Origin: Opitutales bacterium
GTDB taxonomy: Bacteria > Verrucomicrobiota > Verrucomicrobiia > Opitutales > PNEW01
Assembly (NCBI GenBank): GCA_965197745.1
Contig: CBDANS010000005.1
Coordinates: 288,001-352,000 of the forward strand
Direction: 5' to 3'
Length of the DNA stretch: 64,000 bases
Shown in pieces: positions 21,810 to 33,601 of this stretch. Position numbers and translations under genes: made by a program. The notes under the pieces were generated by a model. It had not been told where the DNA came from and searched no databases. It saw nothing but the letters and a program-made list of their open reading frames with translations. Each line of letters starts with the position of its first letter. Within the stretch, counting starts at the first letter, position 1.

Positions 21810-24800
21810 ATGAGTAAGTATGAGAAAGAACCCATTGCCATAATTGGCATTGGTTGTCGATTTCCCGGGCGCGCTTCGACCCCAAGAGCTTTATGGGAAT
21901 TATTATGCACAGGGAAAGATGCTATTGGGGAAGTGCCATCAGATCGCTGGGATATGAGGCGATTTTACGATGCTGATCCTGATAAGCCCGGTGAAACCTA
22001 TGCTAAGGAGGGGGGATTTCTGAGTGAGAAAATCGACCAGTTTGATCCTTTATTTTTTGGCATTTCTCCCCGCGAAGCTGAAAGTATGGATCCTCAGCAG
22101 CGTTTACTTTTAGAGGTAACCTGGGAAGCACTGGAAGATGCAGGCATCATCGCAGAGGCGCTGGCAGGGACAAATACCGGGGTCTTTATAGGGGGTTTCT
22201 GTTTGGATAATAATCTACTCAAACTTGGATCGTTAAATCGACAATTGATAGATTCACATACCGGAACAAGTTCCACAATGACAATCCTTTCGAATCGGAT
22301 CTCTTATACCTTTGATCTTAAAGGTCCCAGTGTTACAATGGATACGGCCTGTTCCTCCTCTCTGGTAGCCACCCACTACGCATGTCAAAGTATATGGAAT
22401 GATGAATCTGAATTGGCCTTTGCCGGTGGCGTAAATGTCATGTTAAGGCCAGAAAATCCCATAGTAATGAGTAAAGGCAGGTTTTTATTATCCACCCATT
22501 CTCGCTGCATGGCATTCGACGAGCGGGCTGAAGGTTATGCCAGAGGAGAAGGCGCAGGTATCATCATGCTTAAACCCTTATCGCATGCCCTGAGAGATAA
22601 AGATCCAGTATATGCTCTCATTCGCATGTCGGGTGTTAATCAGGATGGGCAAACATCGGGGATTTCCTTACCGAATGCCACATCGCAGGAAAATTTGATT
22701 AAAGATGTCTATCGACGGGCTGACATTTTACCCAGCGAAATACAGTATGTGGAAGCTCATGGGACTGGAACTCAGGCGGGAGATATTGCTGAAATGAAAG
22801 CTTTGCAGGCAGTTCTTTCGGAGGGACGGTCGTCTGATAATAAATGTCTGGTGGGTTCTGTGAAAACTAATATTGGTCATTTAGAAGCCGCAGCGGGTAT
22901 TGCAGGTCTGATCAAAGCTGCATTGACACTTAAACATAAAGCAGTTCCTCCCCACCTTTATTTCGAGAAACCAAACCCCAAGATTCCTTTTGGTGAAATT
23001 TGTCTACGCGTTCCCACCCAACTTGAATCCTGGCCGTCAAGTAATGGTACCGCTTACGCCGCGGTCAATTCATTTGGCTATGGGGGAACGAATGCTCATG
23101 TCCTTCTCCAGGAACCTTCGAGTGAAGAGAAATCTAAACACAACTCGGATAATGGTCTCAATAAGCCGCTTTTAGTACCTTTGTCTGCGCGTAGTGAAAA
23201 TGCCTTAAAGGATCTTGCCGGGAAATGTGCATTTTACCTGTCGGCACACGCTACTGAATCTTCAATCGCTGATATTGCTTATACCGCCAGTCAGCGGCGA
23301 AGCCATCACTCTCAACGGCTGTCGATCTTAACCGATAGCTGGGAAGAGCTACATGAAAAATTGCTCTCCTTTTCGATGGGTGATTTAAGCGAGGGTGTAT
23401 CAACAGGACGAGCGTTACACGGGGATGACCAGAAACTGGTGTTTGTTTTTTCCGGTATGGGGCCCCAGTGGTGGGCAATGGGGAGAGAATTGATGGAGAG
23501 AGAACCGGTGTTTTCAAATGCCATAGATGAGTGTGATTCTGTGTTTCAAAAATATGCTGGATGGTCGATAAAAGAAAATTTAAGTGCAGATGAACAATCA
23601 TCGCGCATCGGAGAAACGCAGATAGCGTAACCGCTAAATTTTACAATCCAGGTCGCGTTGACTGCGCTATGGGAATCATGGGGTATAAAACCCCACGCAG
23701 TGATAGGCCACAGCGTAGGTGAAGTTAGCGCCGCATTCATTTCGGGCGCCCTAACGCTCGAAGATGCGATCAAAGTAAGTTATCACCGCAGTCGACTGCA
23801 GCAATCTCTCACTGGTGGGGGTTCCATGCTTGCGGTGGGATTATCTGAAAATGAAATTTCCGAGGTAATTGATTCCTATGAACAGGTCTCGATTGCGGCC
23901 ATTAACAGCCCAACGGCAATTACCCTTACAGGTATGACGGATGAATTAAAAAGAATTGCTTTTTCGCTTGAGGGAAAAAATATATTCAATCGTTTTCTCA
24001 AGGTAGATGTAGCTTATCATAGTTACCAGATGGAGGCTATTAAGGATGAATTGCGGGATTGCCTTGGGGAAATTAAATTCTGTGAAAATCACCTGCCCTT
24101 ATACTCGACAGTTGAAGGTGCATATATCGCGGCGAGTGAGTGGGATTCAGATTATTGGTGGAAGAATGTACGTTACCCCGTTAAGTTCGCTCCAGCGCTG
24201 AATGCGATGATCAAAGATGGGTATAGGAATTTTCTGGAGATTGGTGCTCATCCCGTGCTCGGAACTTTCATCAAGGAATGCATCCTGGAAAATGATAGTC
24301 AGAGCAATGTCATACCCTCTCTTCATCGTAATACCCCTGAATTATTCCAAATGTTAGATTCGCTGGGGCATTTATATACGCTGGGATTTTCTGTCGACTG
24401 GCAGAAGATATTGCCTGAAACGGGGCGTTTCATTTCGCTGCCCACTTATCCCTGGCAAAGAGAGCGGTATTGGAAAGAGTCGAATAAGTCGAAAGAAGAC
24501 CGGTTGGGCCAGCCAGGACATATTTTTTTAAACATCGATCTCGGATCACCTGAGCCGATTTGGGAAGTAGAGATAAATGAACATTTCTTCCCTTATCTTA
24601 AACACCACCGTGTTGAAAACAAAGTGGTATTTCCGGGTGCCGCCTATGTTGAAGCGGGACTGGCGATTCATGAGAAACTCTTCGATAAACAATCGGCTAT
24701 TTTAGAAGACATAGAATTCAATTCCATGTTGGTGGCTGAAGAGAAAAAGATACAGAAACTCTGTTTTAATCATCATCCTCAAACAAAGACTTACTCCGTT

Positions 24801-27800
24801 CACAGTCGCCTCAATGAAGACGGTGCAGATTGGAAATTGCATGCTACAGGCAAGATCTTATCAGGGCAAAGTGAAGATGAGAAACCTGCTATTAGTTTGA
24901 AGAAGATTCAAAGTCTTTGTCGGGAAGAAATGAGCAACGAGGATTTTTATGATATGCTTGAAAAGAGAGGGCTTAGTTATGGAGATTATTTCCGCAGAGT
25001 GAAACAAATATGGAAAGGCTCTGACGATTTCCTCATAAAAACAGAATCCCATCAGGACTTATCAGAAAATAACGATAACTATCTACTCCATCCCACAATA
25101 CTTGATGCCTCTTTCCAAACGATGTTGATCATGATCGGAGGTAAAAGTCCATTTGTCCCCGTATCTATTGAGCGATTAAAATTTTATCAAACTCCCGGTC
25201 GAAGGTTCTGGTCCCATGGAACTATTACCCGTCGCACTAACAATATTTTAGAAGCGGATATTAACTTTTTAGACGATGAGGGTAATATCCTTGTAGAGAT
25301 CGAGAAAGTTAAATGTCAGGCTATTTCTGCGGAGCGTAATGAGATGAGGAGGCACCAGTATTATGCAATTAATTGGGTGCAAGAAGCTGAAATGATTGAT
25401 CCTGCCCCAATAAATAATAAGAGGTGGCTTATCTTTGGCGATCGAGGAGAAATCGAAAATTCACTCCTCAACCATTTCGATTCTCAGGAGATATTTTACA
25501 CCCTGATTACAAGAGGGCGGGAATATCGGAAAATAAAAAACAATCATTACGTCATACGAGAAAATATGGCGACAGACCGAAAACAGCTTATTGCCGATTT
25601 AGGTGAAGAACAATATGATATAATTCTATATCTTTGGGGCATGGGTGAAAGTGTTGTCGATAATGATTTACATTTTAACAAAGTTATTGGCCAATGCATG
25701 CCATTAATAAATTTAGTAGAAGCATTAACGCAGGGGAATGCTGATCAAGAGGTAATATTAGGAATCGTAACGCGTGATTCACAATGTGTAATTAAGGGCG
25801 ATTCTGGAACTGGTTTATATGCAGCGCCTCTCTGGAGCTTAGGACAATTAATAGAAAATGAAGTGCCGATTATAAAATCCAAGCTTATTGATTTTGATAA
25901 GGCATATGAAGTTAGCGATGTTGATTTACTCGTGGCAGAGATAATTTCCAAGACACAAGATCGAAATGTCGCCTATCGTTTGGGTAAGAGATTCGTCCAA
26001 AAGCTGAATCACGCTGATATAGATAATTATCCTCAAAATAAAGAGACGAAAATTATCTCAACTCAATATCCCGTTTCCCTTTCATTAAAAGTTCCAGGTC
26101 AAATAGACAGCCTCGCATTCGAAGAATGTTCACGTCTGGCCCCTTCAACGGGCGAAGTGGAAATTCAGGTAGAAGCAACAGCTCTAAATTTCAAGGACCT
26201 CTTAAAAATATATGGACATATAAACGCTAAAGCAATCGAAGGCACTTTTTTTGGTGAAACTTTAGGTATGGAAATTGCAGGAAAAATTGTGAGTGTGGGT
26301 GAGGGTGTTGATAATTTTAAAGTGGGAGATGAAGTTGTAACCCCCATCTCTGGTAGTTTTCGCTCTTATGCAACGGTCTCAGACACTTACCTCATGCCTC
26401 TACCAGAAAAATTAAGAAAGGAAGAAGCGCTGAATTATATAGGGTATTTTGCCGCTTATTACGGGCTTATCGATATAGCACAATTGAAAAAGGGAGAAAA
26501 AGTTTTGATTCATAGTGCAACAGGCGGTCTGGGTTTGGCAGCGGTACAAATTGCACAATGGGTTGGCGCGGAAATATTTGCCACTGCCGGGAATGATGAG
26601 AAACGAAAATATTTAAAGGATTTAGGGATAAATAATGTGATAGATTCACGTTCCCTCGACTTCACTGAGAAAATAAGAAAAATTACCGAGAACAAGGGTG
26701 TTGACGTTATTCTTAACGCATTGTCTGGAGATAGCTTTTATCAAAGTTTTTCCCTTCTTGCTCCCTATGGTAGATTTATAGAGGTCGGGAAAAAGGACAT
26801 TGCCGACAATAATGCATTACTTCTTAGCGCCTTTAATCGTAATCTTACCTTTGCTTCAGTAGATGTAGACCGCATGCTTAAAGAGCGGCCGGAAATAATC
26901 ACAAGGCTTTCGAAGGACATAAATCGAGGTTTTGAAGAAGGTTATTTTTGGGCATTACCAACCAAAATATTTCCCGCTTCTGAAGTGGTTGAAGCATTCC
27001 GGTATATGTCGCAGAGCAAGCATATCGGTAAGATTGTCGTAACCATGCAAGACCAGGAAGTCCCCGCCTTAACGATAGCTCATAAAAGAGAAATTCTTCG
27101 AAAAGACGGGACTTATTTGGTCACCGGCGGAACTCGTGGATTCGGACTGGAAGTGGCTAAATGGCTCTCGAAGAAAGGCGTGGATCAACTAGCTCTTATT
27201 AGTCGTAGCGGTGCAGTAACGGAAGAAGCTAAAGCAGCTATTACTGAAATAGAGATGGAGGGGACTTCGGTGAAAGTAGCTGATGTTGATATCACCGAAG
27301 GGTTGCAGGTAAAACAACTCTTCGAAGATATTAATTCAGGAATGCCCCCCTTACGGGGCATTTTCCATAGCGCGATGGTGCTCGATGATGGGTATTTAAA
27401 GGATCTTGATGAGCATCGCCTTCGCAAGGTTATGGCCCCTAAAGTAGCCGGTATTTTAAATCTACACGAGAACACAAAAAAATTAAATTTGGATTACTTT
27501 GTGTCCTTCTCTTCAGTTTCCTCGCTCATTGGTAATACCGGTCAGGGAAATTATGTCGCAGCTAATGCTTTTCTCGATGCTTTCGCACACTACCGTCGAG
27601 CCAGAAACTTACCTGCTTTAACTATAAATTGGGGGGTTATGGAGGAGACTGGGGTCGTTGCTCGTAACGCTGATATTGCAAGACATTTAAAAAATATTGG
27701 AATCCGCGGAATTTCTACGGACCAGGCTTTAGAGGCGCTCGAAAAATTGCTTGATGAAAATCCGATTCAAATGGGGGTTTTCAACATAGATTGGGAACAG

Positions 27801-28208
27801 TGGGCAATGGCTTATCCTCACGGTGCGGACTCCTCTCGTTATAGTGCATTGATAGAAAGTGATCTTGCCGGTTATAATTCTCAAAAAACTGAGAAATATA
27901 AATGTATGGTGGAGGAACTTTCCAATCTTGGTAGTGGTGAAAGGCAAAAACGCTTTGAAACACTTATTTCTGAGCAGTTGGTGACTGTTATGCATATCCC
28001 CGCCGATAAAATTGATCATCATCAAAGTTTCAAAAACCTGGGCATAGATTCACTAATGACGCTAGAAATAAGACTGGCTTTTAAATCGAACCTTGGAATT
28101 GAGATCTCCTCAGTTGATCTATTAACCGAATCTTCAATCTCACAACTGGCAACTCAGTTGCTGGATAAAATAGTTGCCATACCGGTAATGGATGAGGCGC
28201 TTATTTGA
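21810..28208 (+). pseudogene. Single-module reducing type I polyketide synthase (KS-AT-DH-ER-KR-ACP) interrupted by one in-frame TAA (23628-23630)
   Basis: KS: DTACSSS, EAHGTGT, NIGHLE. AT: GMGPQW, GHSVG, VAYHS. DH: HRVENKVVFP, HPTILD. ER: LNFKD, HSATGGLG. KR: GGTRGFG, LDD, GQGNYVAAN. ACP: LGIDSLM. The two ORFs share a frame; ETQIA*PLNFTIQVAL matches the AT consensus AQP. About 2132 aa if read through. Confidence 0.9.
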
Positions 28209-28343
28209 TTTGTGAACGCTGAACCATGTGATTCAAAAAAGCATGCATCTTTAATCTCTTATAATCGAATGAAACCTTACAGACCTATACTTGTGCTTGA
28301 TGAAATTAAAACCGTGTATCTCATTTCAGCCTTTTATAATATA

Positions 28344-29747
28344 GTGGAAACAACTCTTTCTGGAATTGACAGTATAGTCGTTTTTCAAAACAGCCAGGGA
28401 CTAGCCAGTCGTGGCACATTAGTCCACATTACTCGAACTAAAGTCGTATTTGAAGTCTACAATCCTTATTCAATCGTCCAATTAAGCGAAGTCCTCGGAG
28501 GAGTAAAAGTGCTTCGAGGAGAAAGAACAATTTATAATGGTAAAGCTGTCGTTAATAACATCGTACCCACAGGATTAATGGTGATTATATCTGCCTCATT
28601 AATAGATGCCTGGTCTGACCTCTCTGGATTGCGAACGGGGGAAGGCCTAAAAGAGGAAACCCAACGCTTTGTTAATGATTGGGAGGATTCACACGTGCTG
28701 AGGCCTTCTTATCAACTGATTGTTGGGACAATTAGAAATTTTCTCGAAGAACTGAGTTTATGGCTTGATGAGGCAGAGACCGGGTTACTCGAAATGGGAG
28801 ATACCGATAGCTCTGATTCACAGAGACAGGAGTTTTACGAGGAAGTCGAAAATCCTCTCAGGCCGATTATTGCATCATTATATGAAAAATTTGAAGAGGA
28901 GGCTATGCGCGTTCCCTATGAAGATGTAATGACACATAAATCGTTCGCGCGAAGAGAACTGCACCCCTTAACCATGTGTTCCCCCTTTGTTCATCGCACC
29001 TACACTAAACCACTGGGCTATGCTGGAGATTATGAAATGGTGAATATGATGCTAGGGGAATCGGAAACCCCCGATCTGAATACCTATGCAAGAATAGTTC
29101 ATGCTTACCATATTCATGCGTCAGCACCGGAGGCTCATCGCAATCGAATAAAAATGCTGGAGAATCGCCTGAAAGCTGAAGCGATTAGAGTAAACGAAGA
29201 AGGACGCCCCTTTACCGTGCTTAATGTCGCTTGTGGTCCAGCGGTGGAACTTCAGAGATTTATTCGGAATGAAGAAATTTCCAACCACGCTGTATTTCAT
29301 TTACTGGATTTCAACAGAGAAACGATCGATTATGTGGAAGAAAAAATATCAGGAGTCATTCGTGAAAGCTCTCATAAGCCGATGGTTAAATTCATACATA
29401 AGTCGATCGATACTCTGCTCAAAGAAGTGTATGAAAAAGAAAATGGTAATTCGCCCACCTATGATTTGGTTTATTGTGCCGGCCTTTTTGACTATTTTAC
29501 TGATCAGACCTGTAAGCAGCTGGTCCCCTTATTTTTTGATTGGGTCAGAGTTGGAGGGCTTTTGACCGTTACTAATGTTCATCCTGATAATCCGGACCGC
29601 CATCAAATGGAACATTTACTTGAGTGGCATCTTAATTACCGCGATGAATATGAGATGAAGGCCCTTGCTCCAGCAAATACTAATGGTAATGTGATTACGG
29701 ATGATACTAAGATAAATGTTTTTCTTGATGTTCGTAAAATGGAATAA
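28344..29747 (+). CDS. PhcB-like class I SAM-dependent methyltransferase (fatty-acid methyl ester signal synthase family)
   Basis: RTYTKPLGYAGDYEMVNM, AHRNRI, SAM motif VLNVACGPA, LVYCAGLFDY, EWHLNYR; first gene of a B-S-R-Q-like cassette. Start uncertain: GTG 28344 preferred, longest ORF starts at 28212. Confidence 0.78.
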   Translation: METTLSGIDSIVVFQNSQGLASRGTLVHITRTKVVFEVYNPYSIVQLSEVLGGVKVLRGERTIYNGKAVVNNIVPTGLMVIISASLIDAWSDLSGLRTGEGLKEETQRFVNDWEDSHVLRPSYQLIVGTIRNFLEELSLWLDEAETGLLEMGDTDSSDSQRQEFYEEVENPLRPIIASLYEKFEEEAMRVPYEDVMTHKSFARRELHPLTMCSPFVHRTYTKPLGYAGDYEMVNMMLGESETPDLNTYARIVHAYHIHASAPEAHRNRIKMLENRLKAEAIRVNEEGRPFTVLNVACGPAVELQRFIRNEEISNHAVFHLLDFNRETIDYVEEKISGVIRESSHKPMVKFIHKSIDTLLKEVYEKENGNSPTYDLVYCAGLFDYFTDQTCKQLVPLFFDWVRVGGLLTVTNVHPDNPDRHQMEHLLEWHLNYRDEYEMKALAPANTNGNVITDDTKINVFLDVRKME

Positions 29748-29750
29748 ACC

Positions 29751-32330
29751 GTGAAAAATATTATTACCGATTCCTTTCTTCACGAAGCGTACCAAAAAAC
29801 CGATACTGACTTACGGTTACGTCATACTAAAGCGGGATGTGTCATATCCTATTTTTGTATGCCCGCTGGAGCGGCCTTAGACTATTATGTTTATAATGCT
29901 TTTTTATGGCCATTTTTTAAAATCAGGCTGCTTATAAGTTTTTTGGCATTTATTATTTTCCTCCTCCTCTATACCTCAACAGGGCGCAATTATATTAAAG
30001 TTTTTGGTATTATTTGGGTCTTAATGTTGAACCTTTCTTTTTGTTGGATGATTTATTTAACCGAGGGATCGGTGTCGCCATATTACGCAGGTATCAGTTT
30101 AATTATTCTCGGTGTTGCCGTGCTTTTACCATGGTCTGTTGGCGAAACTTTATTGGTATGTGTTGTTTCTATTGGTATGTATCTATTAACCTGCCTTATT
30201 CATAATTATACAGTCCCCGGGCCTTTTAATTATGACATCCTGTTCAATAATGTTTACTTTTTGATTCTTACTAGCTTGATATGTACCACTGCGAGTCATT
30301 TTTATTCGAATAATCGATTCCAGGAATTTCTCCTTCGTCACGAATTGGATATTCGGAATAAGAAACTGGAAGAATTAGACCAGTTGAAGTCTCAATTCTT
30401 CGCCAATGTCAGTCATGAATTACGGACACCGCTTACCCTCATACTTTCACCAATAGAAGATTTATTGCGCCGGAGTGAGAAATTACCGGGTAAAGTTCAT
30501 GAATCTTTACTCGTTTCACATAGAAACGCACTGCGCCTCCTTAAGCTAATTAACGAATTACTTGATATCATGCGTTTGGAGGAAAAGGGATTCACGCTCT
30601 CCAAAGAATCCATAAATTTGAATGTATTTATTCCGGGGATAGTAGATTCAGTCAGGCATTTAAGTGAGGTTAAAAACTTAAGGTTAGTATCTGATGTAGA
30701 AGAGGACTCGGTCCTGGTCGAAGCCGATCCCGATCGAATGGAAAAAGTGCTCCTTAATCTTCTCAGTAATGCCGTAAAATTTACTCCAAGCGGCGGAAAA
30801 ATAATTCTCCGAATACGATCAAAAAATGAACGGGCTCTAATCGAAGTGGAAGATGACGGGATCGGTATTGCGGATGAAGATTTACCCCATATTTTTAAGC
30901 GATTTCATCAAGTTGATGGGGCGACAACAAGAAATTTTCAAGGAGTAGGTATTGGACTGGCCCTCGCTCGCGATCTCGTAGAAAAGCACGAAGGTAGTCT
31001 TACCGCTAAAAGTGAACCGGGGAAGGGGACAACATTTACGATTGATCTCCCTCTAATAGAGACTGCAGAAGAAATTGAAATTTCTAAAAATAGCGAATTA
31101 CCCGGGGACGAGCCTTTCGCGCAGGTTTTTCAATCCGCTAATCGCGTTTTGGAAAAACACAGTACCGCAGATAATAGCATGTTGCCAGCTGTAGGCAGTG
31201 GAGATTTCACTATTCTTGTCGTTGATGATGAACCCGATATGCTTCGCTATCTGGTCACAACCCTCGCTGAAGAATATCGTGTGCTGCAAGCGATCAATGG
31301 GGAACAGGCCATAAAACTGACGCAGACCCATAATCCTGACTTGCTTCTCCTTGACTGGATGTTACCCGGTCGTGATGGATTGGCGGTATGCCGAACTTTG
31401 CGGGAGAGCAAAATGAATGACTTAAAAATTATTTTACTTACTTCGCGCATCGATGAAGCTTCAAAAATAAAAGCTTTGGAGGAGGGAGCGGACGATTTTC
31501 TGACTAAGCCATTTAGTACAATTGAAGTCAGAACGCGAATTGCCAATCAGTTGCGCATTGCCACCTTACAGAAAGACCAACGCCAACGTAATATTGAATT
31601 GGAGGATACCTTAAACCAATTGAAAAATACTGAATCTCAATTGGTTCAAAGTGAAAAAATGAATGCCATCGGCAGTCTTGCCGCCGGGCTGTTACATGAA
31701 ATAAATAATCCGCTTAATTACACCTTAACGGCGTTGCAGGTGGGACGAGAATCCGTTGCAGAAGAAAATAATGATTTGATTGAGACTATGGATGATATCG
31801 ATGAAGGAATGAAGCGGATTAGAGATATAGTCTCGGATTTACGTGATTTCGCCTATCCCAGTAGCATAAGCAAACAACAAAGATTTGAATTGAATGGAGC
31901 TTTGGATACCGCGGTCCGTCTTTTATCGCATGAGTTTAATGGGCTTTCCATAACAAGGGAGATTAGTGATGAATGTAATATTTATGCGTCCAAGACTCAG
32001 TTTATTCAGGTCCTGGTAAACCTGTTGATGAACTCTTCAAAAGCAGTAAAAGAGACATCAAAAATACGAAAACCAATAATAAAAGTTACAGGAAAGAGGG
32101 AAAATGAGAACGCGGTAATTAGTGTTTGGGATAATGGTAACGGTATAAACCCGGACGTATTGGGAAACATTTTTGATCCTTTTTTTACGACCCGAGAAGT
32201 GGGCGAAGGGATGGGCCTTGGTTTAAGTATATGCCATACCATCGTGAAAAATAATGGCGGATCCATTCGGGCTATAAGTGAAGAGGGTGAATGGACGGAA
32301 ATCATTACTGAATTCCCACCCGATAATTAG
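29751..32330 (+). CDS. PhcS-like membrane hybrid sensor histidine kinase (TM-HisKA-HATPase-REC-HisKA-HATPase)
   Basis: Several N-terminal TM helices; FFANVSHELRTPL, NLLSNAVKF, GVGIGLAL; REC LVVDDE..LLDWMLP..KPF; second core LLHEINNPL, NLLMNS, GMGLGLSI. Confidence 0.85.
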   Translation: MKNIITDSFLHEAYQKTDTDLRLRHTKAGCVISYFCMPAGAALDYYVYNAFLWPFFKIRLLISFLAFIIFLLLYTSTGRNYIKVFGIIWVLMLNLSFCWMIYLTEGSVSPYYAGISLIILGVAVLLPWSVGETLLVCVVSIGMYLLTCLIHNYTVPGPFNYDILFNNVYFLILTSLICTTASHFYSNNRFQEFLLRHELDIRNKKLEELDQLKSQFFANVSHELRTPLTLILSPIEDLLRRSEKLPGKVHESLLVSHRNALRLLKLINELLDIMRLEEKGFTLSKESINLNVFIPGIVDSVRHLSEVKNLRLVSDVEEDSVLVEADPDRMEKVLLNLLSNAVKFTPSGGKIILRIRSKNERALIEVEDDGIGIADEDLPHIFKRFHQVDGATTRNFQGVGIGLALARDLVEKHEGSLTAKSEPGKGTTFTIDLPLIETAEEIEISKNSELPGDEPFAQVFQSANRVLEKHSTADNSMLPAVGSGDFTILVVDDEPDMLRYLVTTLAEEYRVLQAINGEQAIKLTQTHNPDLLLLDWMLPGRDGLAVCRTLRESKMNDLKIILLTSRIDEASKIKALEEGADDFLTKPFSTIEVRTRIANQLRIATLQKDQRQRNIELEDTLNQLKNTESQLVQSEKMNAIGSLAAGLLHEINNPLNYTLTALQVGRESVAEENNDLIETMDDIDEGMKRIRDIVSDLRDFAYPSSISKQQRFELNGALDTAVRLLSHEFNGLSITREISDECNIYASKTQFIQVLVNLLMNSSKAVKETSKIRKPIIKVTGKRENENAVISVWDNGNGINPDVLGNIFDPFFTTREVGEGMGLGLSICHTIVKNNGGSIRAISEEGEWTEIITEFPPDN

Positions 32331-32341
32331 GAACTGATTTT

Positions 32342-33592
32342 ATGCATCAAGGATACAATTATAAAGAGAACATCGTATTATTCGTCGACGACGAAGAAAA
32401 AGCGCTGAAATATTTCCATAAAGCTTTTGATAAAGATTTTCAAATTATGACAGCGACAAGCGCTGAAGAAGGTTGGAGCATCATTGAAGAAAAAGGTGGG
32501 AAAATTGCGGTTCTTATATCAGACCAACGCATGGCTGGCAAAACAGGGGTGGAGCTATTAGGGCAAGCTTTTGAGGCATATCCGGGCATCATGCGAATAC
32601 TAACCACGGCCTATTCTGATTTGGACAGCGCGATTGATGCCGTCAATGAAGGGTCTATCTATCAATACGTGGTAAAACCCTGGGATACACGAGAGTTGAG
32701 TGCGGTATTAAAGCGGGCTATCGAATTCTATTCAGTGCAAAAAGAACGCGATATATTATTAAAAGAAAAAATGAGTGTCGTGCAGCGATTGATCATAACT
32801 GATCGGGTCCAAAGTTTTTCGGTTCTTGCTGCGGGCTTGGAGATTAACCTCAATAATACTTTAATGGCATTAGCGAGCTTTGTCGGATTTATACCGACGA
32901 AACTTCAAGAGGAATGGACATATTCAGTTATAAATGACAGTCTGGGTCACTGGTTTGATTTAGGATTACTGGTAAAGGAAGAAAGTAAATCTATTCTGGG
33001 ACTGGTAAAAGAAATTGTAGCTTCCACCGAAGAAAGGAGTGCAAAAATATACGAAAAGAGAAACCTGGAAGATTTAATTAATCCGAGCGTGGAATTGGCG
33101 ACAAAACTTGCAGCTGATTCAGGCAAACGCATCGAGGTGGAATTAAGTTCTGATCTGCCCAAACTGGAAGTTCAATCTGAAATGATAGAGGAATGTTTTC
33201 GTGGATTATTAACGGGGTTGGTCTCTTTCTCTGAGCAGGGCAAAACCCTGTGTATAAGTGCCAAAGAATGCTCAAACGAGGGGGCCACCCCGGGGACATT
33301 GATCAGGGTTTATGAAAAAGGGGTTTCCTGGGATGACCGACAGATGGCGCGCTTATTTTCGGTCTTTACGCAAGATAAAGAGCCAGGCATAAGTCTCAGT
33401 CTCCTCACTGCTTTTTTCATTATCTATCACCATAGTGGCACAATTTCGATCAATCCAACATTTCAAGAAGGAGGGGGTATTGAAATTTTACTCCCTTTTG
33501 ATCCCCAAGCTGTAGAATTAAGGCAAACAGATAATGATAGTTTAGAGATACTTCTCTCGCATTTTCAGCGCTGGGACGTAGAAAGACTTTAA
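32342..33592 (+). CDS. Receiver + degenerate histidine-kinase domain protein (PhcR/PhcQ-like)
   Basis: REC LFVDDE..ISDQRM..KPW. HisKA-like LAAGLEINLNN lacks the phospho-His; degenerate HATPase (IYHHSGTI). Confidence 0.75.
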   Translation: MHQGYNYKENIVLFVDDEEKALKYFHKAFDKDFQIMTATSAEEGWSIIEEKGGKIAVLISDQRMAGKTGVELLGQAFEAYPGIMRILTTAYSDLDSAIDAVNEGSIYQYVVKPWDTRELSAVLKRAIEFYSVQKERDILLKEKMSVVQRLIITDRVQSFSVLAAGLEINLNNTLMALASFVGFIPTKLQEEWTYSVINDSLGHWFDLGLLVKEESKSILGLVKEIVASTEERSAKIYEKRNLEDLINPSVELATKLAADSGKRIEVELSSDLPKLEVQSEMIEECFRGLLTGLVSFSEQGKTLCISAKECSNEGATPGTLIRVYEKGVSWDDRQMARLFSVFTQDKEPGISLSLLTAFFIIYHHSGTISINPTFQEGGGIEILLPFDPQAVELRQTDNDSLEILLSHFQRWDVERL

Positions 33593-33601
33593 TTAATTTA
33601 A

